Shown here: positions 53,326-61,915 of the stretch, piece after piece | Layout: each line of letters starts with the position of its first letter | How positions within the stretch are numbered: the first letter of the stretch is position 1 | Assembly: GCA_001780275.1 (NCBI GenBank) | Contig: MFGB01000007.1 | Location: 2,280-66,279, forward strand | Length of the DNA: 64,000 nucleotides | Source: Candidatus Falkowbacteria bacterium RIFOXYA2_FULL_47_19 | GTDB lineage: Bacteria; Patescibacteriota; Patescibacteriia; Patescibacteriales; UBA12075 | Direction of reading: 5' to 3' | The notes under the pieces: model-generated | Seen by the model: the letters and a program-made list of their open reading frames with translations, nothing else | Databases searched by the model: none | Told to the model about the DNA's origin: nothing | Made by a program: the position numbers and the translations under genes

Positions 53326-54717
53326 CTACATGCTCAGCACCAATATATCCGACAAGCCGCCTTCCAATGCGTGGAACTTAAAATATATCAGGCTGGTAAC
53401 GAAAAGAATCACCAGAAAACTCTGCAATATCACGTGCTTGTGCTGAATCTCGTACCGGACTATGATGTTGACGATCAGGGCCATGATCAAAAGAGTAAGA
53501 ATGGCGATAAAGACGTAATTTACCGTTCTGGCTATGCCGGAGGCGCGCATGGTACTGGCGTCAGCTGTATTCTTGAATACGAGCGGTTCGCCCGGAATAT
53601 TCTTTTCCAGGGCGCTGTTAGGGCTTACTGGATCCGCCAGCGCTAATTTTGACCCGTCCGCGGCCGGAACGGTTTCCGGCAATACCGGCGGGATCGCCGG
53701 CAATATTTCCGGTTCGTTCATGATCTTCTCTTCAGCCGTTGGATTGGAGCTCACTTTATCTGCCGGTTTAGACTCAACGGTTTCCGTTTTCGGCGCCGGT
53801 TTTATGGCCGGTTTAACGACGGCGACTGCCGGAGAGGGCTTATCTTCCGTTTTCTTTTCTTCATCGGCCAATACGGCGACCGTTTCCGGAGCGGCCGGAA
53901 TTACCGACGGAGCCGGCATATCGCTTTTGGCTATTGTTGGCGCGGCCGGCCTGGTCGTGCCGAAAAGCTGGACCAAAACATTGGTTTGTTTGCCATTCAT
54001 GGTTCCGGTTACCATCGCCAGCCCGACATCGACGTAACGTTCGTTCAGTATGTTATGCTTGTGCGATGCCGAATTCATAAGAGCCCGGTGAGCTGAATCG
54101 GCTGAGGTGAAATTCATGGCCAGATTCTCGCCGACGAAAAGATATTTATATTGGCCGCGGTCGATCCAATCCCAGGGTTTTTTACCGTCCGGCGAGTGGT
54201 GGGCGAAATAACCCTTGGCGATCATGTCTTCGGCTTTCTCGTGCGCCGCGATATTGAGTACCAGGTTGGACTTAACGGTTCCCAGTCCCGCTTCGGATCT
54301 GGCGCCGTTTATGAGAGTCAATATTTCCTCGGTCATGTTTTCAGTCATGCGGCCTTCTTCCGGATAGACCAGGAATAAATATCCGACCAGGGATATTTTT
54401 ATGACGACCAGAAGCAATATGATAAGGGCGAGAGAATGAGCGCGGAGTATCTTCGGTTTATGGCCGTTTCCTTCATGAGGAATAAAATAATCGCAAAACA
54501 ACCGGCTCGAATCGGCGCAGTATTTCCTGAACGTTTCCCGGCCGGTCCTAAGTTCGTTTATCTCCTTTTCTTCGTTTCGAAAAAAGTCTTTCAGGTTTTG
54601 CTTAACATCCTGATATTTTTTCTTTCCATCTTGCCAAAAAAAGGCTATTAACTTATAGAGTAAATAAGCTAATATTAAATATAAAATTCCTCTTTTTTTA
54701 TCGTTTTTTTGCGTCAT
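53326..54717 (-). CDS. membrane-anchored CAP/SCP (YkwD-like) domain protein
   Basis: CAP core (LINGARSEAGL...YFAHHSPDGKKPWDWI...GENLA...MNSASHKHNIL), a Pro/Ala-rich linker, and C-terminal TM helices. Confidence 0.75.
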   Translation of the reverse strand: MTQKNDKKRGILYLILAYLLYKLIAFFWQDGKKKYQDVKQNLKDFFRNEEKEINELRTGRETFRKYCADSSRLFCDYFIPHEGNGHKPKILRAHSLALIILLLVVIKISLVGYLFLVYPEEGRMTENMTEEILTLINGARSEAGLGTVKSNLVLNIAAHEKAEDMIAKGYFAHHSPDGKKPWDWIDRGQYKYLFVGENLAMNFTSADSAHRALMNSASHKHNILNERYVDVGLAMVTGTMNGKQTNVLVQLFGTTRPAAPTIAKSDMPAPSVIPAAPETVAVLADEEKKTEDKPSPAVAVVKPAIKPAPKTETVESKPADKVSSNPTAEEKIMNEPEILPAIPPVLPETVPAADGSKLALADPVSPNSALEKNIPGEPLVFKNTADASTMRASGIARTVNYVFIAILTLLIMALIVNIIVRYEIQHKHVILQSFLVILFVTSLIYFKFHALEGGLSDILVLSM

Positions 54718-54779
54718 AAATTTTATAGTTTAATAATAGCATAAAAAGACTGAAACGTCAAGAAAAAAAAATCGCAACC

Positions 54780-54808
54780 GTAGAGACGCCCCGCTAGGGC
54801 GTCTCTAC
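54780..54808. repeat. family-A palindrome, copy 2
   Basis: GTAGAGACGCCC-cgcta-GGGCGTCTCTAC, followed by GGCATTGCCA, which matches the core of copy 1. Confidence 0.9.
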
Positions 54809-54834
54809 CGCGAGGCATTGCCATGAACGAGGGC

Positions 54835-54862
54835 AATAAAAAACGGGCGATGTTTCGCCCGT
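54835..54862 (-). terminator. terminator of the 54871..55263 gene
   Basis: ACGGGCGA-tgtt-TCGCCCGT. The minus strand continues with TTTTTATT. Confidence 0.75.
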
Positions 54863-54870
54863 ATAAATGA

Positions 54871-55263
54871 TTACTTTTCGATTGTGCGAACTTTATATAA
54901 TTCCAGTTTGACTGCATCCGAATCGACCGCAAGTATCCTGAAGTTATACTTATGCTTGCCTATCATTATTTCGAATTTTTTGCTGTCTTTCTTGCAAAGC
55001 GTCTGGAGGCGAAGCTGGGGACTGCTATAACCCTCAATATAAAATCCCTCTTTAAAAAAATCCTGCCCCAAATAAACAATCCAACTGTCCTGGTCGTTTT
55101 GATCTGCGTTTCCCTGATCAGTGGGATATATCTTGACCGGCACTCTGATTTCAAGTGTTATAACCTGACTATTTCGATTATTCCGCTCCATCTTATCGGT
55201 ACAAGCCAATATCGCCAAAAAAACAAATGCCAGAATGACGAAATACTCCAATTTCTTTTTCAT
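54871..55263 (-). CDS. hypothetical lipoprotein
   Basis: Lipobox AILAC after a hydrophobic signal. Confidence 0.45.
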   Translation of the reverse strand: MKKKLEYFVILAFVFLAILACTDKMERNNRNSQVITLEIRVPVKIYPTDQGNADQNDQDSWIVYLGQDFFKEGFYIEGYSSPQLRLQTLCKKDSKKFEIMIGKHKYNFRILAVDSDAVKLELYKVRTIEK

Positions 55264-55284
55264 CGCACCCCTCCCCTTTTTTAT

Positions 55285-55719
55285 TTACAAAACCCCCATT
55301 TTACGGAACCAGTATTCCCAAACCGGTTCCATTTTTAAATTTTTCATCTCTGCCGGGGTATACCACCCCATGGACTTCGCTTCTCCGTCTTCTTTCCGCT
55401 CTTTGCCTTCGACTTCGCAGGAATACAGATACCAATAATGCGATCCAACCCCGGCACCGCAATAGTTCCATAATACTTCTTCCTCGAAGAGCAGGGCGTG
55501 GCTCACGACCTTAAGGCCGCTTTCTTCTTCTGTTTCCCGGATGAGCGCCTCTTCTGGCGTTTCCCCTTCGTCAACATGACCGGCCAGACCGGCGAATCCG
55601 AAAGGTTCTCGGACGCGGTCGATCAACAGGTATTTCCCGTCTTTCCTGATGACAGCTCCGACGGAAAAATGCATCGGACGCCCGTCGGAACTTGTCCCTG
55701 ATTTTGGTTTCGGGTGCAT
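55285..55719 (-). CDS. NUDIX hydrolase
   Basis: Nudix box GHVDEGETPEEALIRETEEESGL. Confidence 0.85.
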   Translation of the reverse strand: MHPKPKSGTSSDGRPMHFSVGAVIRKDGKYLLIDRVREPFGFAGLAGHVDEGETPEEALIRETEEESGLKVVSHALLFEEEVLWNYCGAGVGSHYWYLYSCEVEGKERKEDGEAKSMGWYTPAEMKNLKMEPVWEYWFRKMGVL

Positions 55720-55751
55720 GCGAAGTCCTTTCTTATTTTTTTTAAATAAAA

Positions 55752-56429
55752 TTAATTCTGTTTTTTGTCTTCTATAAGCTCCGCAATTACGACGAGTCTT
55801 TGCGCCGTCGAATAGATCGGCGTGCAGGTAAACATGGTCAGGGTCGGTTTTTCGGTCGGATTCATAATGGACAGGTCGGTCGGTTCAACTACCTTAATCT
55901 CCTTTATGCGATAAAAATAATCCTTTTCTTTATATATCACGGAAACGATATCCCCTATCACTAATTTATCAAACAGGAAGAAGGTCAGATTATTGGGCGG
56001 CAGGTATTTAAAACGGTGTCCGGTAATGACCGTATTCCCCCCCTTGTCCGGGGTCGAGCTTTCGGGTACGCGCCAGGAGCCGCGGGACAGACCGTACTCG
56101 GCCGTTTTCGCTTCCACGATCGGCGCGTTGACGCCGATCTTGGTGATTATTATCCGGTTGGGCGAAACTGCGTACTCGGCTTCGGGCAGCTTACTCACGA
56201 TCTTGGCTGTTTTCTCTTTGACGATAACCTCGTCCTGGTGTACGGCCGCCGCCTCCGTACTCGTGCCCATAGATCCGGCCAGTGACACCTCCTCTCTTTG
56301 CATTATCCTGTATTTGACGGAAGGGTAGATCGGCAGGGCGAATATATAAACGATCACGAGGATAGCCAAAAATTCCATTATTAAAACGGCCGCCTTAATG
56401 ACTTTTTCTTTTATCCCTTTTTCGCGCAT
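55752..56429 (-). CDS. sortase
   Basis: N-terminal TM, catalytic His (VITGHR), Cys (TMFTCTP, the TLxTC motif) and Arg (AQRLVV). Confidence 0.8.
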   Translation of the reverse strand: MREKGIKEKVIKAAVLIMEFLAILVIVYIFALPIYPSVKYRIMQREEVSLAGSMGTSTEAAAVHQDEVIVKEKTAKIVSKLPEAEYAVSPNRIIITKIGVNAPIVEAKTAEYGLSRGSWRVPESSTPDKGGNTVITGHRFKYLPPNNLTFFLFDKLVIGDIVSVIYKEKDYFYRIKEIKVVEPTDLSIMNPTEKPTLTMFTCTPIYSTAQRLVVIAELIEDKKQN

Positions 56430-56445
56430 TTATATATTTATATTA

Positions 56446-59400
56446 TTAATTTTTACCCGCAAAGCTCTTTCTTAACCGAAGTGGCCTGGTCTTTTTTAAG
56501 TTAACGACCTCGGGCATTTCTTCGTTATTGACCGAACGCTCCTTGATGGTCAGGATGATCGTTAAAATCACGAAAATCACGGAAAGCGCTATCAGGAGTT
56601 TCATGGCCAATCGGGCCGGAGCCAGATCGATCTTATTGCCGATACGCCCGGAGGTATCCAAAAAAGCGAAATCGTTTTCGCCGGGGTAAAAAGCCCGGTC
56701 TAATTCCGCGGCGGTCTCGTCCGCATATCCGGCGGCTAAAGCCTTTTCCGGCTGACCGACGATATCATCGAGGAAGCCGAGGCGGGAAATAGCCGGGCCG
56801 ACCGCGGCCGGTTCCGGAGCGTCAAGCTCCTCGCTCGCGCCCGCTACCGCTATGGTTCTGATCTCCAGGCTGGACCAATCTTTTGTCGATTCCTCATCGC
56901 CGGATACAACCTCTATGCCGATCAGATATAAACCTGATTCCACAGCCTCCGAAGCTTGCACGGAAAATGTAATGTTTTTAAATTCTCCCGGTTTTATATC
57001 TCCCAGATCCCAATGTTTGTTTATTATACCACTCTCATCAGAAAATGTCAATCCATCCGCCAGATTTCCGCTCAAAACGACGTTTTCGGCCATTTTACTG
57101 CCATTATTGGTAATAATAGCCTCATAACCGACCTTATCGCCGGGATTAGCCGATCCGGCACCGCCCTTAAGGCCGATTTCAAGTTGATACTGGTAACCGG
57201 ACCAATCCGGATTTTCCACCTTGATCTTAGCCGAACCGACCACGGCCACAAAATCATCCTTAGCCGCGTCGTACCCTTCAACGGTCACTTCGTTCACATA
57301 AACCCCGCTCCGGATATTAGACGTAATCTCGAGCGAATAGCCGATACTGACCTCTTCGCGGTCGAGAACCGCGCCCAGTTCCCAAAGTTCCCGGTTGACC
57401 TCAACCTTCCCCTCTTCACCCGATAGAATATCAAGAACCAGAACATCCTCCATGGGCGTACCGCCCGGATTCCTGATCGTAATCGTATAATTGACGACGT
57501 CGCCCGGACGGACAATATCGGCCGCGTCATTGGTTTTGACTACGATCAGGGCGGGAGATATATTACCGCTCCTGTTATCGGCATCGGTTTGAGATGATAA
57601 AGAATTACCCGCGCCGCCGACAGCGGCGGCATTCCCGCCATCCACGATAACGGTACCGCCCGCGGAATTATCGCCCGGATCGCGGTCGTTTTCGACGGAT
57701 GAAATCGCAACGGTATTATCCGCGTTATGATGCCCCGCCGAAATATCGTCCCTGACCCTGACGGCATAACTTAAGCTGCCCTGCGTATTGGGCGGGAGAT
57801 CTGAGAGCGGCCACGCGACATTACCGGCGCCCTCCTCGCTCCAGACGTAATTTTCGTCATAATCGTCGGATAGAGTCACTCCGGTCGCCAGGCCGTCGCC
57901 TTTGTTGCCGAACAGGAAGGTGTAATTTATATATTCCCCCCGCCTGACCGGTTCCGCCTTCTCTCCGGCTTCGGCGGACAAGCCTCCGTTTATGGATTCA
58001 GTGACCCAAAGGTCCGGCGCCCCGAACGCCAGGTTGCCCTGCCAGTCGCCGAAAACGTTGATCATGGAAAATTCCCAGTTATCGCCGGTAAAATTCGAAT
58101 TGATGAAATTGAACAGGCTGTTCTCTATGTTTATATCGCCGGTATCGATACTTCCGCCCTCCCCGTGAAGGATCGAATTGCCGCCGGTCGAGGCGTTGAT
58201 CTCTATATTGTTGGTAGTCGAGGCCTGGTTGGTATTACCGACGATCATCTGCGCGTAAGAGGCGTAAAATTCCGGATCAGAAAGGATATCGTTATAAATA
58301 GTGATGCCGTATTCGTCCTCTAGATACCCGTAACCCGGAGGAAGCCCCGTAACGAAGCCGTCCCAATTCCCGAAAATATTCACCCGGGCGAGCTTCCAGG
58401 CGTTGCCGCTCACGCTGTAGTTAATAAGATTGAATACGTGGGACTGAACCGTAGCGTCGCCGGTCGTTATATCGCCCCCTTCTTCGGCTAAATTGCTCCC
58501 AGTGTCCGCGTTCACGTCGATATCGTTTAAAAGCCCGGCCGTATCGGTGTTGGCGAGGATAATACTCGGGGAGTCGACGTCGGATTCAGTGATTCCGGCG
58601 ATTTCCTCGGTGGTCGTTCCCGCGGTTTCGTCCGTGCCGGTGGCTATTCCCGGGGCCGGCAATATAATATCGCCCTGAAGCTCGCCGAAAATATTTACTA
58701 CGGCGAAGAGCCAGTTATTCCCGGCCACGTTCAGGTTGGCGATATTCACGAGATCATTAACGATCTCAATATCGCCTGTTTCTATCAGCCCGAAACCGGT
58801 CGAGGTGGCGATTATATTGTCTCCGGTGTTGGCGTCGATAATGACGTTGTTGTCGATCGAGGCCTGATTGCCGTTATTTACGGTAAGATAGCAGCTGCCG
58901 GCTTCGCAAGCCGCCGGTTCTTCTCCCGCCGGCGTGGCGTCGTTAAAGCCGGACAGATCGATCGCGCCCATGACATGGTTGAAAATATTGATAAAATACT
59001 CCTTGCCGGGACCGAAGAAATTATTATTTATATAATTCAAAATAATATTGACAATGCCGACGTCACCAGTCGTGATCGAAGCGTCCCCGGATGACGACGC
59101 GATAGTATTTCCGCCGCTATCGCCGTTAAGGAGGACATCATTCGTGGTCGTAGCCGCGTTAATGTTGTCTATTGAAACGGTGCTCGTCGCCGCCTCCGGA
59201 CATTGTGCGCCGCAATCGGCTTCCAGGCTATTCGAATTAACGTTATTTTCGGTAATAGCCTCGATATTCGCGTCGCCCGTCATTATGGATGAGGTGGCGG
59301 TGTTATCAGCCGATCCGTTAATGTCTGGTAGGCCCGCGTCATTGCCTGTATCCGCCTCGTCAAGTTCGATGATTTGTGTATCGCCGCTTTCCTCTTCCGC

Positions 59401-59565
59401 TTCCGCCGCCGCGGCGGCGGTCTCGGCATTGTCCGCGACGAATTCATTCTCCTCGTCCGCCAAAACCAGTACGACATTATACGAATACAGCGCAACAAAT
59501 AGGATTGCCGCGAAAACAACGATCTTTTCTTTTATTTTTAAATTTTCATGATTATGTCTGGACAT
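56446..59565 (-). CDS. 1039-aa surface protein: five Asn/Gly-rich repeat modules, three DUF11/CARDB-like domains, C-terminal TM anchor
   Basis: N-terminal TM/signal. Repeats of N-x-[DS]-[ST]-G-x-N ... TGD ... N-x-x-N ... N[IV]FG-x-W-x-G. DUF11-like segments (GEYINYTFLFGNKGDG, GDVVNYTITIRNPGG, GDKVGYEAIITNNGS). C-terminal TM LLIALSVIFVILTIILTI plus a basic tail. Confidence 0.75.
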   Translation of the reverse strand: MSRHNHENLKIKEKIVVFAAILFVALYSYNVVLVLADEENEFVADNAETAAAAAEAEEESGDTQIIELDEADTGNDAGLPDINGSADNTATSSIMTGDANIEAITENNVNSNSLEADCGAQCPEAATSTVSIDNINAATTTNDVLLNGDSGGNTIASSSGDASITTGDVGIVNIILNYINNNFFGPGKEYFINIFNHVMGAIDLSGFNDATPAGEEPAACEAGSCYLTVNNGNQASIDNNVIIDANTGDNIIATSTGFGLIETGDIEIVNDLVNIANLNVAGNNWLFAVVNIFGELQGDIILPAPGIATGTDETAGTTTEEIAGITESDVDSPSIILANTDTAGLLNDIDVNADTGSNLAEEGGDITTGDATVQSHVFNLINYSVSGNAWKLARVNIFGNWDGFVTGLPPGYGYLEDEYGITIYNDILSDPEFYASYAQMIVGNTNQASTTNNIEINASTGGNSILHGEGGSIDTGDINIENSLFNFINSNFTGDNWEFSMINVFGDWQGNLAFGAPDLWVTESINGGLSAEAGEKAEPVRRGEYINYTFLFGNKGDGLATGVTLSDDYDENYVWSEEGAGNVAWPLSDLPPNTQGSLSYAVRVRDDISAGHHNADNTVAISSVENDRDPGDNSAGGTVIVDGGNAAAVGGAGNSLSSQTDADNRSGNISPALIVVKTNDAADIVRPGDVVNYTITIRNPGGTPMEDVLVLDILSGEEGKVEVNRELWELGAVLDREEVSIGYSLEITSNIRSGVYVNEVTVEGYDAAKDDFVAVVGSAKIKVENPDWSGYQYQLEIGLKGGAGSANPGDKVGYEAIITNNGSKMAENVVLSGNLADGLTFSDESGIINKHWDLGDIKPGEFKNITFSVQASEAVESGLYLIGIEVVSGDEESTKDWSSLEIRTIAVAGASEELDAPEPAAVGPAISRLGFLDDIVGQPEKALAAGYADETAAELDRAFYPGENDFAFLDTSGRIGNKIDLAPARLAMKLLIALSVIFVILTIILTIKERSVNNEEMPEVVNLKKTRPLRLRKSFAGKN

Positions 59566-59643
59566 ATTTTTATAACAATGATATTAAATGTTGGATATTA
59601 GATATTATGCTACAGTTTTAAATAACGATTTTTAGCCGAAATA

Positions 59644-59671
59644 ATATCCAATATCCGATATCCAATATCGG
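59644..59671. repeat. heptamer tract (ATATCCN x4), inverted relative to TTGGATAT at 59591-59606
   Basis: ATATCCA ATATCCG ATATCCA ATATCGG, in the region upstream of the 1039-aa gene. Confidence 0.9.
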
Positions 59672-59701
59672 ATTCTATCTCCCGATATTCGTCTATTGTG
59701 C

Positions 59702-59736
59702 AATCTTAATCGCCGATCGGAAATCGTCAATCACAC
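59702..59736. repeat. degenerate heptamer tract (AATCNNN x5) abutting the stop of 59736..60449
   Basis: AATCTTA ATCGCCG ATCGGAA ATCGTCA ATCACAC. The gene strand contains GATTGACGATTT, as in the mnmA tracts. Confidence 0.75.
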
Positions 59737-60449
59737 TATCCCCATAACCCCAGTATCTTTAAAATTCCGGCTTTGATCGCGCCGATGAAACCCGACCAGA
59801 CGGCCGCGATTCCCCCGTTATCATCCGGCCGATCATCTTCCGCGCCGCTGCCGGCGCCCTCCGCGCAATCGCTTTCTTCAAATGAACACAGTCCGCCCTC
59901 GGCGGATTCTTCCGATTCATCCCAAAGCACGTCCAAAGCCGCTTCAACCGGTTCATCTGTCGTTATTTCCACTTGCGGCGCGGCGATCTCCGTATCATCG
60001 GCTGGATTTTTCGGATTTAAATCAACCGTCCTGTTTTCTTTTTTTATTTCGCCGTTAATTTCGACTTCCGTTTCCGTTTCGGCTTTATCGCTATCAACAT
60101 TAACCTGGTTCTCTATTTTTAATAGAACGCCGTTTTCCGTTTCTTTCTCCGTCTTTATGTCCATTACCCTTGTTCCGTTTATCTCTGTCTCGATCTCAAT
60201 CTCAGAGCGCGTTTTCCCCTCTATAACGGCGCCGTTTTTCGCCGTATTACCGCCGCTTGAAGCTGAAGTTTTTATATCATTGGTGATTTCCACACTCCCG
60301 GAATCATCATAATAATAAACCTCGTCATATTCGGCCATCAAATCATCAAGGCTAAAAGCCCGCGTCCCGGCCGGCAGAAGCAACAACGATGCTATGATAA
60401 TATAATTGATTTTTTTAAAATATTTTATGAACATAAAGAAGGTTCGCAT
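59736..60449 (-). CDS. secreted acidic protein with one copy of the shared repeat module
   Basis: Signal peptide. SASSGGNTAKNGAVIEGKTRSEIEIETEIN resembles the module in the neighbouring proteins. Glu/Asp-rich. Confidence 0.5.
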   Translation of the reverse strand: MRTFFMFIKYFKKINYIIIASLLLLPAGTRAFSLDDLMAEYDEVYYYDDSGSVEITNDIKTSASSGGNTAKNGAVIEGKTRSEIEIETEINGTRVMDIKTEKETENGVLLKIENQVNVDSDKAETETEVEINGEIKKENRTVDLNPKNPADDTEIAAPQVEITTDEPVEAALDVLWDESEESAEGGLCSFEESDCAEGAGSGAEDDRPDDNGGIAAVWSGFIGAIKAGILKILGLWG

Positions 60450-60516
60450 GACATATCTATAATATTAAGTGAAGAGCATTGTGAATTATGCGATTAAACG
60501 GCGGGCTGGCCGGCGG

Positions 60517-60544
60517 GTAGAGACGAAGCATGCTTCGTCTCTAC
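60517..60544. repeat. family-A palindrome, copy 3
   Basis: GTAGAGACGAAGCATGCTTCGTCTCTAC is a perfect 28-nt palindrome, flanked by GGCGG and CGCC. Confidence 0.92.
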
Positions 60545-60581
60545 CGCCTGCCGCCCTTACTGTATCCTCGTCTATCAACCA

Positions 60582-61748
60582 TTAGAATCTGATCCTGTTT
60601 ATTATCCGGTTTACCGTATTAACAACGCGGGTTTCGCTTGAACTTGGTCCGGTAGTGATAGTACCGCCCCAGCCGGCATTTCCGCCTGCGCCGCCTGCGC
60701 CGCCGATATTATCGTCTTCCGAACCGGTGATCGTTCCGCCGTTTCCGGCCGCTGTGCCGTCTCCGCCATTAGCGGTATTATCGCCGGTTAAAGCATCGGC
60801 CTCGGCCGTATTGCTTATGGTAGCCCGATCCCGATTATTGATCACTATTCTTTCAGTGTTAGAAGCCAGTCCGTCATCGATATCGCAATCGCAGGGCGCG
60901 ATATTCGTCCGGTCGATATTAACCCTGTTCCTGACAGTCGCTACGGAAGTCGCTGCTCCGGTAATGATATTGCCGCCGTCGCCGCCGATACCGCCGGCAC
61001 CGCCGGCACCGCCCGTATTGGCGTCATCGGAATCGACTACGTTGCCTCCGTGTCCGGCCGCTCCGCCGGCACCGCCATTGGCCGTGTTATTGCCGGTAGA
61101 AGCGAGGGAATGGACAACGTTCGTGATTACCGCCTCCTTATCGTTCGTTACCTCGATCTGCAAATTCCTTTCTCCGTCTTCATCACAGTCTTCGTCGCAA
61201 TCTTCGTCGCAATCTTCGTCCGGGCAGACTTCATCGTACTCGATCGAAACCGCGTCAACATCAAAAGCATCCGCATCGTCATTATGTAAGTCCGGGTTGG
61301 TGGTATCGACCAATCTTACGTATTTAACGCATTGGTCGACTTCGAAGGTGGTCACGCTGTCGCCTATACCGTTATCGTTATTGGCCGAGCCGACGAAATT
61401 AAAATCTATCCCGTCATCACTAACATACACATCAGCGGTTTCCGCCGGGTAAGGTCCGCCGGTAGTCTCGTAAGTGGCCAGAGTAAGAACGCCGGACGCT
61501 TTGACCGGGAATTCAAGCGTCAACTCGCCGCCGAAACCCAAAGAAACGAAATCGCCGTCGTTCGGGCCCAGAGCGTCTGTCGGATCACTCCTTGACGCGC
61601 TGACCGGATCGCCGTCATTCTGATCCCCCTGATTGAATTCGTCGACGCTATCGGCAAAATCAAGAATGGCCGCATCCGCGTAGAACGAGGACATGAATGG
61701 TGATAGGGCCAGCATAAGCCCTAAAATAAAGATAAATGTTTTCTTCAT
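60582..61748 (-). CDS. secreted protein: beta-sandwich-like N-domain, (CDED)4 motif, two Gly-rich repeat modules
   Basis: Signal peptide. CPDEDCDEDCDEDCDED. Two roughly 65-aa repeats of TG[ND]NTANGG.G.AAG.GG...GGAGGAGG...TG....V.N.VN. Confidence 0.6.
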   Translation of the reverse strand: MKKTFIFILGLMLALSPFMSSFYADAAILDFADSVDEFNQGDQNDGDPVSASRSDPTDALGPNDGDFVSLGFGGELTLEFPVKASGVLTLATYETTGGPYPAETADVYVSDDGIDFNFVGSANNDNGIGDSVTTFEVDQCVKYVRLVDTTNPDLHNDDADAFDVDAVSIEYDEVCPDEDCDEDCDEDCDEDGERNLQIEVTNDKEAVITNVVHSLASTGNNTANGGAGGAAGHGGNVVDSDDANTGGAGGAGGIGGDGGNIITGAATSVATVRNRVNIDRTNIAPCDCDIDDGLASNTERIVINNRDRATISNTAEADALTGDNTANGGDGTAAGNGGTITGSEDDNIGGAGGAGGNAGWGGTITTGPSSSETRVVNTVNRIINRIRF

Positions 61749-61831
61749 AAGATTTTTCCGTTAAGTCTTAATGTACTTAAAAAGGATTCAAACAAAGAAC
61801 ATCGACCTTTTATTTATTTTTATTCTTTAAT

Positions 61832-61894
61832 CCTTTGGGTAAGATCGGCCCCGGCACCGATCCTGCCCAAAGGAAGGAAGTCCTTTCTTCCTTC
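61832..61894. other. two adjacent strong hairpins downstream of the LPXTG gene
   Basis: CCTTTGGG...CCCAAAGG encloses GATCGG...CCGATC. This is followed by GAAGGAAG-tccttt-CTTCCTTC. A T-run follows only on the plus strand. Confidence 0.4.
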
Positions 61895-61915
61895 TTCGGT
61901 TTTTTTATTTAAACG

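Noticed and set aside
53137-53646. Plus-strand 169-aa ORF spanning the spacer and the CAP gene 3' end.
   Set aside because: It begins in the family-C repeat and runs antisense into the CAP-domain gene. It has no RBS or recognisable domain.
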